A stretch of DNA of 64,000 nucleotides from a virus. Under the pieces are notes generated by a model. The model was not told the origin of the DNA. It saw nothing but the letters and a program-made list of their open reading frames with translations, and did not search any database. Shown here piece after piece: positions 56,395-64,000 of the stretch. Both the position numbers and the translations under genes were made by a program. The first letter of the stretch is position 1, and each line of letters opens with the position of its first letter. The stretch is from positions 12,476 to 76,475 of IMG/VR virus record IMGVR_UViG_3300002131_000176, one strand, 5' to 3'.

Positions 56395-57729
56395 ATGCAA
56401 CAATCATACGACAAACTTGTAGAAAAGTGGTCACCGGTTCTGAACGAAGAATCTGCTGGCGCTATTAAAGATTCACACCGCCGTGCCGTTACGGCACAAA
56501 TCTTGGAAAACCAAGAACGTGCATTCGCTGAGCAACACGCTCAAGCCGGCATGTTGATGGAAACACCAACAAACGCTACTACTGCCGCAGCTAATTGGGA
56601 TCCCGTCCTTATTGCTTTGGTTCGTCGCGCAATGCCTAACTTGATGGCTTATGACATCGCTGGTGTTCAGCCAATGACTGGTCCTACCGGTTTGATCTTC
56701 GCAATGAAGAGCCAATACAAAACCACCAAAGCTGGTGTTTCTGTTAACCAAGAAGCTCTGTTCAACGAAGCTGCTGTTGGTTTCTCTGGTGACTCTTCTA
56801 CTGCCTCACAAGGTGGTACCTCAGGTCTCGAGGGTGTTACAGACACTAACGGTGATAGCTCAATTGTTGACTCAGGTTCATCTTATGTTCCTGGTATCGG
56901 TGATGCGTACACAACGGCTGAAGCTGAAAACCTCGGCGCTGCTACTGAGGCATTTGCTGAAATGGGTTTCACCATTGAAAAGGCTACCGTTACTGCTAAG
57001 TCACGTGCTTTGAAGGCTGAATACAGCTTGGAATTGGCTCAAGACTTGAAGGCAATTCATGGCTTGGATGCTGAAACGGAATTGGCTAACATTCTCTCCA
57101 CAGAGATCTTGGCTGAAATCAACCGTGAAGTTATCCGTACCATGAACTCACAAGCTAAGATTGGCGCACGCCAAGACGGTTTGCAAGTTAAGGGTATTTT
57201 CAACTTGTCTACCGATGCCGATGGCCGTTGGTCTGTTGAGAAGTTCAAGGGTCTGATCCTTCAAATCGAACGCGAAGCTAACGCTATTGCTAAAGAAACT
57301 CGTCGCGGTAAGGGCAACTTCATTGTTTGCTCTTCTGACGTCGCTTCTGCTTTGGCCGCTTCAGGTATGTTGGACTACACACCTGCTATGTCTACCAACT
57401 TGAATGTTGATGACACTGGTTCTACTTTCGCTGGTGTATTGAACGGTCGCACTAAGGTTTATATCGATCCTTATGCAACTGCTGATTACGTTACCGTTGG
57501 TTACAAGGGTACTAACCCATACGACGCCGGTATGTTCTACTGCCCATACGTTCCATTGACCATGGTTCGTGCGGTTGGTGAGGATACGTTCCAGCCTAAA
57601 ATTGGCTTCAAGACTCGCTACGGTATGGCTTCAAACCCATTCGTTGGCGCTGCTCCTGCTGATGGTTTGGCTGCTGCTCGTACCAACCAATACTACAGAA
57701 TCTTCCGCGTTGATAACATCCTCGCTTAA
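56395..57729 (+). CDS. gp23: Major capsid protein gp23
   Basis: VQPMTGPTGLIFAM, KSRALKAEYSLELAQDLKAIHGLDAE, YCPYVPL, FQPKIGFKTRYG. Confidence 0.98.
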   Translation: MQQSYDKLVEKWSPVLNEESAGAIKDSHRRAVTAQILENQERAFAEQHAQAGMLMETPTNATTAAANWDPVLIALVRRAMPNLMAYDIAGVQPMTGPTGLIFAMKSQYKTTKAGVSVNQEALFNEAAVGFSGDSSTASQGGTSGLEGVTDTNGDSSIVDSGSSYVPGIGDAYTTAEAENLGAATEAFAEMGFTIEKATVTAKSRALKAEYSLELAQDLKAIHGLDAETELANILSTEILAEINREVIRTMNSQAKIGARQDGLQVKGIFNLSTDADGRWSVEKFKGLILQIEREANAIAKETRRGKGNFIVCSSDVASALAASGMLDYTPAMSTNLNVDDTGSTFAGVLNGRTKVYIDPYATADYVTVGYKGTNPYDAGMFYCPYVPLTMVRAVGEDTFQPKIGFKTRYGMASNPFVGAAPADGLAAARTNQYYRIFRVDNILA

Positions 57730-57766
57730 TTCTTGGTATAATAAGAGCCCAGTCCACTGGGCCTTT

Positions 57767-57798
57767 AAAGGGAATCTCGCAAGGGGTTCCCTTTTTTT
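57767..57798 (+). terminator. Rho-independent terminator after gp23
   Basis: AAAGGGAATCTC-GCAA-GGGGTTCCCTTT followed by a T-run; GNRA loop. Confidence 0.9.
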
Positions 57799-57813
57799 GT
57801 GCACTATAATTAA

Positions 57814-57821
57814 TATAAATA
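57814..57821 (+). promoter_or_regulatory. T4-type late promoter TATAAATA
   Basis: Exact match upstream of gp3. Confidence 0.8.
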
Positions 57822-57840
57822 GAAGTATATAGGAAAACAT

Positions 57841-58398
57841 ATGGCAACACTAACTAATAACATTAATTACCTGCAACCTACTTCGTTCAAGATCAGTCTT
57901 GATCGGAAGAACTATCCTAACCTGGAATTCTTTTGTCAGAGTATTACGCATCCAGGCATGCTGTTAAACTCTGTTGAGGTACCATTTAGAAAAATTGCGG
58001 GCATTCCATTTGCTGGTGATAAAATAACATTTAATGAACTTACTGCAAATATTATTCTAGATGAAGATATGTCTTCTTATGAAGAGATGTATAAATGGAT
58101 TCGTAGATTGTTGGATACCCCGCCAACATCAGCATTGAATAGATCGGCTAATAACCCACCAACGTATGCTGATATAACATTACATATGTTATCAAGCGCA
58201 AATAATGTTACAAAGCAAATTCGTTATTTGGATTGTGTACCCACATCATTAGGTGACATTCAATTAGAATCAACTGCAAGCGGTAGTGAGTTTATTTCTT
58301 TTGCTGCTTCATTCAGATTCTCATACTTTGAATTAATGAATATAAATAAAACGACAGGTGCAATTACTGAATCATTTACAGTATCAACTACATTATAA
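57841..58398 (+). CDS. gp3: Tail tube terminator gp3
   Basis: NYLQPTSF, FFCQS..HPG, LDEDMSSYEEMYKW, PTSLG. Confidence 0.9.
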   Translation: MATLTNNINYLQPTSFKISLDRKNYPNLEFFCQSITHPGMLLNSVEVPFRKIAGIPFAGDKITFNELTANIILDEDMSSYEEMYKWIRRLLDTPPTSALNRSANNPPTYADITLHMLSSANNVTKQIRYLDCVPTSLGDIQLESTASGSEFISFAASFRFSYFELMNINKTTGAITESFTVSTTL

Positions 58399-58416
58399 TT
58401 GAAATGGAACTATATT

Positions 58417-58863
58417 ATGTTAGAATTACAAGATATTCTAAACGAGTGGTCAACTGACTGCGAAATCAATGATATGCGTTTAGATGAGGCTTCACGAGTC
58501 TCACCTAAGCTACACGCAAAATATCTCACGCTCTCCTCTAATTACAAGTTAATGCTTAAGCGTTCAGAGTTTAAGCAAAAAGAACTGCTTAAAGATAAGT
58601 GGTTATACTACAACGGTAAGCTATCGCCAGAGGAAATCAAAGAAAAGAATTGGGAACCAGATCCATTTAATGGCTTGAAAGTCTTAAAGGGCGAGATGGA
58701 TTATTACTATGATTCGGATCCAGATATTCAACGGTCGGAAGAGAAAATCCAGTACTATAAGACCGTTATAGATACTTTACATGAGATCATAGAAAACATT
58801 AAGTGGCGACACCAAACAGTGAAGAATATAATTGAATGGAAAAAATTTCAATCTGGAAGTTAA
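58417..58863 (+). CDS. uvsY: Recombination mediator UvsY
   Basis: PKLHAKYL, KWLYYNGK, PFNGLKVLK, IKWRHQTVKN.IEW.KF; ATG at 58417. Confidence 0.92.
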   Translation: MLELQDILNEWSTDCEINDMRLDEASRVSPKLHAKYLTLSSNYKLMLKRSEFKQKELLKDKWLYYNGKLSPEEIKEKNWEPDPFNGLKVLKGEMDYYYDSDPDIQRSEEKIQYYKTVIDTLHEIIENIKWRHQTVKNIIEWKKFQSGS

Positions 58864-60323
58864 ATCATGCTACCATGGGGTTACAATGTGATCAGGGAAT
58901 CGGCCAAGAGTTAAATGAGTACTTCTCATTCTTTGTTCCTGGTTATAAATTTATGCCAGCGTTTAAGAATAAAGTATGGGATGGTAAAATTCGTCTCTAT
59001 AATGCTCGGACTGGCACATTACCTGGCGGGTTGTTTTATCACTTACTTAAATTTTGTGAGCAGCGTGAATACGAATTAGATCAACACGCAAGTGATTACG
59101 GTCCTCCGGAGTCAAGCAACAAAGTATCGCCGGTCGATATTATGAGTTTTGTTCAAAACCTTAATCTACCGTTTCCAGTCAGAGATTATCAGTTTGATGC
59201 AGTATGTAATGCTATTCATAAAAAGAAAGGCGTATTAGTATCGCCCACGGGCTCTGGTAAATCGTTAATCATCTATACATTGCTTCGTTGGTTTATAGCT
59301 AACTCAGACAAAAGGGTTTTGGTCATTGTGCCAACAACTTCATTAGTAGAGCAAATGTACGGTGACTTCAACGATTATGCAACTAATGATCTATTTGATT
59401 CAAAGAATGAAGTGCACCGAATTTACTCCGGTAAAGATAAGAACTCAGACGCAAAGGTGTACGTATCAACCTGGCAATCGATTTATAAATTTCCATTAGA
59501 TTGGTTTTCGCAATTTGGTGCTGTCTTTGGTGATGAGTGCCATGGGTTTAAATCTAAATCGCTTACCACAATTATGGAAAAGTGCACTGAAGCTGAATAC
59601 CGATTTGGTACAACAGGCACGCTTGATGGTTCACTGACACACGAATTGGTATTACAAGGTCTTTTTGGAAGAGTGTTTAAGGTTACCACGACTCGCGAGT
59701 TGCAAGATAACGACACCCTTGCTAAATTGGCAATCACGCGACTTGTGTTAAATTATAGCAACACTACTCGAGAAGCATGTAACGGTTTGACATATCAAGA
59801 TGAAATTGATTTTATAGTTACTAATGAGAAAAGAAATAATCTTATTAGAAACCTAGTAGTAGATCAAACCGGTAACACGCTGGTGCTGTTTCAGTATGTA
59901 GAGAAACACGGTAAGGTATTATATGATATAATAAGAGCCAAGGCACATGAAGATAGAAAAGTTTTTTTTGTCTCTGGTCAAACAGAAACTGCTGATAGAG
60001 AAGCAATCCGTAAGATCACCGAAAAACAAAGTGATGCAATTATTGTTGCATCGATGGGAACCTTTTCTACCGGCATAAATATTAGAAACCTACACAATAT
60101 TGTATTTGCATCTCCATCGAAATCACAGATACGAGTGTTACAGAGTATTGGTAGGGGTTTAAGAAAAAGCGATGATGGCAGGGTTACAAAACTCTTTGAT
60201 ATCACGGATGATTTATCCTATCATACTAAAAAGAACTTTTGTTTGTTACATGCCTTTGAAAGACTTAAGATGTACAAAGCAGAAGAGTTTGATTATAAAA
60301 CTTATGAAATAAGTATTGATTAA
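58836..60323 (+). CDS. uvsW: DNA helicase UvsW
   Basis: WDGKIRL, SPTGSGKS, DECH, GTFSTGINI, QSIGRGLR. Confidence 0.96.
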   Translation: MEKISIWKLNHATMGLQCDQGIGQELNEYFSFFVPGYKFMPAFKNKVWDGKIRLYNARTGTLPGGLFYHLLKFCEQREYELDQHASDYGPPESSNKVSPVDIMSFVQNLNLPFPVRDYQFDAVCNAIHKKKGVLVSPTGSGKSLIIYTLLRWFIANSDKRVLVIVPTTSLVEQMYGDFNDYATNDLFDSKNEVHRIYSGKDKNSDAKVYVSTWQSIYKFPLDWFSQFGAVFGDECHGFKSKSLTTIMEKCTEAEYRFGTTGTLDGSLTHELVLQGLFGRVFKVTTTRELQDNDTLAKLAITRLVLNYSNTTREACNGLTYQDEIDFIVTNEKRNNLIRNLVVDQTGNTLVLFQYVEKHGKVLYDIIRAKAHEDRKVFFVSGQTETADREAIRKITEKQSDAIIVASMGTFSTGINIRNLHNIVFASPSKSQIRVLQSIGRGLRKSDDGRVTKLFDITDDLSYHTKKNFCLLHAFERLKMYKAEEFDYKTYEISID

Positions 60324-60353
60324 AATTAATAAACAACGTCAGGATAAAATAAT

Positions 60354-60725
60354 ATGGAAGTAAAACAGTTTAAGCTAAGCAACAATGATGAAATTATTTG
60401 TTCTATTGTTTCCCATGACGCTCAAGGATATTTCATCACAGTAGATACCTTTAAAATTATAAATATAGAAGACGATAAACGTGGTTTAAAGTACTACTAT
60501 TTTAAACCTTTTATGGTATTCCAAGAACAGTCAGAACAAAAAATTAATAGTTCTCATATTATCGCAGAAGGCATGCCAACGGATGAAATGCTTGAACACT
60601 ATGCAGAGGCAATTAAAGATGCATCATTGGCTATAGAAAATAGAATGACTGTGACAGAGGATGAGCTAGAATCGATGGAAAGTGAAGAATTGAATATTGC
60701 TGCTACTGGTACTAAGATTCATTAA
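60354..60725 (+). CDS. Conserved hypothetical protein downstream of uvsW (Sm-like fold possible)
   Basis: VKQFKLSNNDEIIC, PFMVFQ, C-terminal KIH. Confidence 0.7.
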   Translation: MEVKQFKLSNNDEIICSIVSHDAQGYFITVDTFKIINIEDDKRGLKYYYFKPFMVFQEQSEQKINSSHIIAEGMPTDEMLEHYAEAIKDASLAIENRMTVTEDELESMESEELNIAATGTKIH

Positions 60726-60761
60726 TAGGGTACTCCTTTCCCCTCCGGCGTTCATACTAGG

Positions 60762-60853
60762 ATTATATCACGTTTTTGGATTCTAGTACACAACTATTTT
60801 CTTTTCTCAATAAAGCAAATAATACACACTTTTTAGCCATATCATGTTATAAT
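60762..60853. promoter_or_regulatory. Back-to-back sigma70-type extended -10 promoters
   Basis: + strand TGTTATAAT at 60845-60853 upstream of gp55; - strand TGATATAAT at 60770-60762. Confidence 0.5.
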
Positions 60854-60875
60854 ATACAATTGAAAGGAGTGATGG

Positions 60876-61448
60876 ATGACTAAAACAGAAAAGCCACACT
60901 ATGTAAAAAACAGCGAATTTTCTCTTGCTGTAGTTGAATACGTTACTGCAGCTAATAAAGCTCGCGCAGAAAATGTACAAGCGCCCATTGTCACTAACTA
61001 TATCGCCGAATGCTTTTTGCGCATCGCCGAAGGCCTGTCTCACAAGTCAAATTTTATTCGGTACACGTACCGTGAAGAAATGGTAATGGATGCTGTCGAA
61101 AATTGTTTAAAAGCAATTCATAACTATAACTTAGAAGCCGCCACCAGGACAGGTAAACCAAATGCATTTGCGTATTTTACACAAATCACTTGGTACGCCT
61201 TTTTACGTCGAATTGCTAAGGAGAAAAAGCAGCAAGATGTGAAGATGGCTTATTTAAGTAAAGTTGATCTAAGCGAATTGTTTGGCACCGAAGATCTTGA
61301 AATCGGTGAACAAATCGTTGAATCTCTTCGTCAGAGAATTGAGCGCGTAAAAACGGCTGATGACCATTTTAAAGAAGTAATTAAAGAAGATAAAAAAACA
61401 CGCAAATCTCGCTCCCTTGATTCTGACTTAAGTGACTTTTTAGAATGA
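60876..61448 (+). CDS. gp55: Late-transcription sigma factor gp55
   Basis: HYVKNSEF, IAEGLSHKSNF..YTYREEM, NAFAYFTQI...AFLRRI.KEKKQ. Confidence 0.95.
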   Translation: MTKTEKPHYVKNSEFSLAVVEYVTAANKARAENVQAPIVTNYIAECFLRIAEGLSHKSNFIRYTYREEMVMDAVENCLKAIHNYNLEAATRTGKPNAFAYFTQITWYAFLRRIAKEKKQQDVKMAYLSKVDLSELFGTEDLEIGEQIVESLRQRIERVKTADDHFKEVIKEDKKTRKSRSLDSDLSDFLE

Positions 61449-62506
61449 AAATTGCCTTCTTAAATGACACGCATTGCGGAATACGCAACTCTTCTGATAT
61501 CTTTCTTAAGAACCATGAAGACTTCTATGATAATGTGTTCTTTCCGTATTTGTTAGAAAATAACATTACGCAGATTATTCACTTAGGTGACTACTATGAC
61601 CATCGTAAGTTTATTAACTTTAAAGCGATGCATCATAACCGTAGACACTTTCTTGAGCCATTGCGTAAACACGGTATTAAGATGGATATCATCCCTGGTA
61701 ACCATGATACCTATTATAAAAATACCAACGATCTAAACTCATTGAAAGAGCTCTTTGGCCATTTTATGAATGAGATTCATATCGTAATGGAACCAACAGT
61801 GCTTGAATATGATAAGTTAAAAATCGGGCTGCTGCCATGGATTTGTGCAGATAACTATGACAAGTCAATGGAATTTATTCGTAACTGCGAGGCTGATATC
61901 CTTGGTGCTCACTTAGAGTTAAATGGCTTTGATCTAATGCGCGGTGTAAAAGCTACAGACGGCATGGATGCATCTTTGTTTAAAAAGTTTGAAATGGTTC
62001 TATCAGGCCATTACCATACAAAGTCACAGAAGGATAATATCCATTATCTAGGCTCACAGCTAGAATATTTCTGGTCTGATGCTGGTGACCCAAAGTATTT
62101 CCATGTGTTAGACACTGATACTCGTGAGTTAACCGCTGTAAAAAATCCTACTACATTATTTGAAAAAGTAGTGTACGACGATAGCAAAATAGATTATAAT
62201 ACCTATGACGTGACAAAATTTGATAATAAGTTTGTCAAGATTATTGTTAACAATAAGACCGACGCATTTATTTTTGATAGGTTTGTGGATAGAATTCAAG
62301 GACGACAAATCCATGAGTTAAAAATTGCTGAAACATTTAATGAGTTTATCGGTGAAAATGTAAATGATGAAAATATCTCTTTCGAAGATACCGACGAACT
62401 CCTTAGCAGTTATGTTGAGGCAGTAGATACAGACTTAGATAAAGGCCGTATTAAAATGCAAATCAGCGAACTTATGGCTGAAGCGCAAACACTAGAAATT
62501 GCATGA
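61445..62506 (+). CDS. gp47: Recombination endonuclease subunit gp47 (Mre11-like)
   Basis: DTHCG, HLGDYYD, GNHD, SGHYH metallophosphoesterase motifs. Confidence 0.96.
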   Translation: MKIAFLNDTHCGIRNSSDIFLKNHEDFYDNVFFPYLLENNITQIIHLGDYYDHRKFINFKAMHHNRRHFLEPLRKHGIKMDIIPGNHDTYYKNTNDLNSLKELFGHFMNEIHIVMEPTVLEYDKLKIGLLPWICADNYDKSMEFIRNCEADILGAHLELNGFDLMRGVKATDGMDASLFKKFEMVLSGHYHTKSQKDNIHYLGSQLEYFWSDAGDPKYFHVLDTDTRELTAVKNPTTLFEKVVYDDSKIDYNTYDVTKFDNKFVKIIVNNKTDAFIFDRFVDRIQGRQIHELKIAETFNEFIGENVNDENISFEDTDELLSSYVEAVDTDLDKGRIKMQISELMAEAQTLEIA

Positions 62507-64000
62507 CCATTAGATTTACACATATAAAATGGAAGAATTTTCTATCAACTGGGAATTCTTTTACTGAAATTGATTTAACGCGTAATAAATCTACATTAGT
62601 AGTTGGGCAGAATGGTGCTGGCAAATCAACAATGTTGGATGCTATCTCCTTCGGTCTCTTTGGTAAGCCACATCGGAACATTAACAAACCACAACTGGTT
62701 AATTCAGTAAATGGTAAGAATTGTGTCGTTGAGGTTGAGTTTACAATAGGCAGTAATAGCTTTAAAATTGTTAGGGGTATCTCTCCCGGTGTGTTTGAGA
62801 TTTGGAAGAACGACCAAATGCTCAATCAATCATCGCACTCTAAGGAATATCAGAAGATCCTAGAACAAAACATCCTTAAACTGAACCATAAATCGTTCCA
62901 TCAAGTTGTGGTTCTAGGGTCTTCGTCTTTTATTCCATTCATGCAACTCCAGGCAGGACACAGACGTGATGTGATTGAAGACTTGTTAGGTATTAACATA
63001 TTTTCAAAGATGAATATTTTGTTGCGTGAGCAGACAAATACTTTAAAAGAAAATATTAGACAGACTAATTACGGGATTGATATTACAAAGACGCGGATTG
63101 AAGCCCAAGAAAAATACATTAAAGATGTACAGATACTTACGAATTCAAACATCGAAGCAAAACAATCTAAAATTCTATCGAATCAATCTTTAATTCAAGA
63201 TCTTGTTGACCAGAATGCAACATTGGCAGAATCAGTTGAAAATGATTTAACAGGAGCTCAGGCTAAAGCAGATAGCCTTACCGATAAGCAAAAGACTTTA
63301 TTGGAATACCAAGCTCAGTTTAAACAGCAAGTAGCAGCAGTAGCTAAAGATGCAAAATTTTATGAGGTTAATGACACGTGCCCGACATGCTCGCAAGATA
63401 TTGGTGCAGATCTAAGATCTGAAAAGCTAGAAGGTGCTAAGGCAAAAGCCAAAGAACTTAAGTCAGCCATGGACCTTGCCAATAAAGAATCAGCCAACAT
63501 TGCAACTGCTTTAGAGTATGCGACTACAACGCTTTCTGAAATACAACAGTGGCAGCGTGATATGCTTGTGAATAATAAAGAAATTGCCAGGTTGCAAAAT
63601 GAAATACGGGCTCTTGACGGCGAAATAAGCAGTTCAGATGTGGCAGACTTAAAAACTGCTAAAGAAGAACTTAGCAAGTACTGTAACGAAAAGAACGGCT
63701 ATACGGAACATAAGTTAAGTCTCAATGAAGATTTATCTTATAATAATGTACTAGCTGAGATGCTAAAAGACACTGGCATTAAAACAAAAATTATTAAACA
63801 GTATTTGCCTGTTATCAATAAGCTTGTAAACCAGTACTTACAAATCCTTGATTTCTTTGTACACTTTGATCTTGATGAATCATTTCAAGAAACTATTCGT
63901 TCACGCCACCGTGATGAATTTAGTTATGAATCGTTTTCTGAAGGTGAGAAACAGCGGATTGACCTTTCACTATTATTCACTTGGCGCCAGGTTGCTAAGA
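62503..64000 (+). CDS. gp46: Recombination endonuclease subunit gp46 (Rad50-like), 3'-truncated
   Basis: Hand-read from ATG 62503: KWKNFLSTGN, GQNGAGKST (Walker A), CPTC zinc hook, SFSEGEKQRIDL signature; runs off the window. Confidence 0.96.
   Translation, partial: MTIRFTHIKWKNFLSTGNSFTEIDLTRNKSTLVVGQNGAGKSTMLDAISFGLFGKPHRNINKPQLVNSVNGKNCVVEVEFTIGSNSFKIVRGISPGVFEIWKNDQMLNQSSHSKEYQKILEQNILKLNHKSFHQVVVLGSSSFIPFMQLQAGHRRDVIEDLLGINIFSKMNILLREQTNTLKENIRQTNYGIDITKTRIEAQEKYIKDVQILTNSNIEAKQSKILSNQSLIQDLVDQNATLAESVENDLTGAQAKADSLTDKQKTLLEYQAQFKQQVAAVAKDAKFYEVNDTCPTCSQDIGADLRSEKLEGAKAKAKELKSAMDLANKESANIATALEYATTTLSEIQQWQRDMLVNNKEIARLQNEIRALDGEISSSDVADLKTAKEELSKYCNEKNGYTEHKLSLNEDLSYNNVLAEMLKDTGIKTKIIKQYLPVINKLVNQYLQILDFFVHFDLDESFQETIRSRHRDEFSYESFSEGEKQRIDLSLLFTWRQVAK

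Noticed and set aside
48521-57729. Introns, inteins or homing endonucleases in gp17/gp18/gp20/gp23
   Set aside because: The ORFs are continuous and of normal or short length; no HNH, GIY-YIG or LAGLIDADG motifs noticed.
36784-58416. Extended starts in the ORF track (34180, 36784, 36990, 39958, 58399)
   Set aside because: Downstream ATGs with coupling overlaps or family-typical N-termini (34192, 36829, 37029, 39985, 58417) are better supported.
1-64000. tRNA, rRNA or large ncRNA genes
   Set aside because: No intergenic gap above about 150 nt and no cloverleaf recognised; a tRNAscan/Infernal run would be needed to exclude them formally.

Overview
64 kb of a T4-like myovirus genome, probably marine (host not determinable from this window). 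It covers the virion-morphogenesis module: baseplate hub and wedge (gp5 parts, gp25, gp6, gp7, gp9/10-like, gp8, DUF4815/VrlC-like), neck, terminase, tail and head (gp13-gp23, gp3), uvsY/uvsW, gp55, gp47 and the start of gp46. Many TATAAATA late promoters are present. Three accessory blocks interrupt the core: (i) a mostly inverted, AT-rich glycan-modification island (three glycosyltransferase-like genes, SGNH, half carbamoyltransferase, methyltransferase, and an unannotated 36-aa ORF) directly upstream of a 1961-aa repeat-rich fibre gene; (ii) a ~13 kb array of small modular fibre/adhesin genes organised as adaptor + paralog set + chaperone; (iii) a U32-like / 2OG-Fe(II) oxygenase / flavin-dependent halogenase triad. 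The strongest cross-cutting signal is enrichment of Asp-Ser-(Asp/Ala/Ser) motifs in outward-facing virion proteins (about 49 DS in the big fibre by manual count, plus a DS-rich insert in gp23), with near absence from non-virion proteins. Together with the GT island this suggests a phage-encoded virion O-glycosylation system (hypothesis). All family assignments are from motif recognition; no database search was run.
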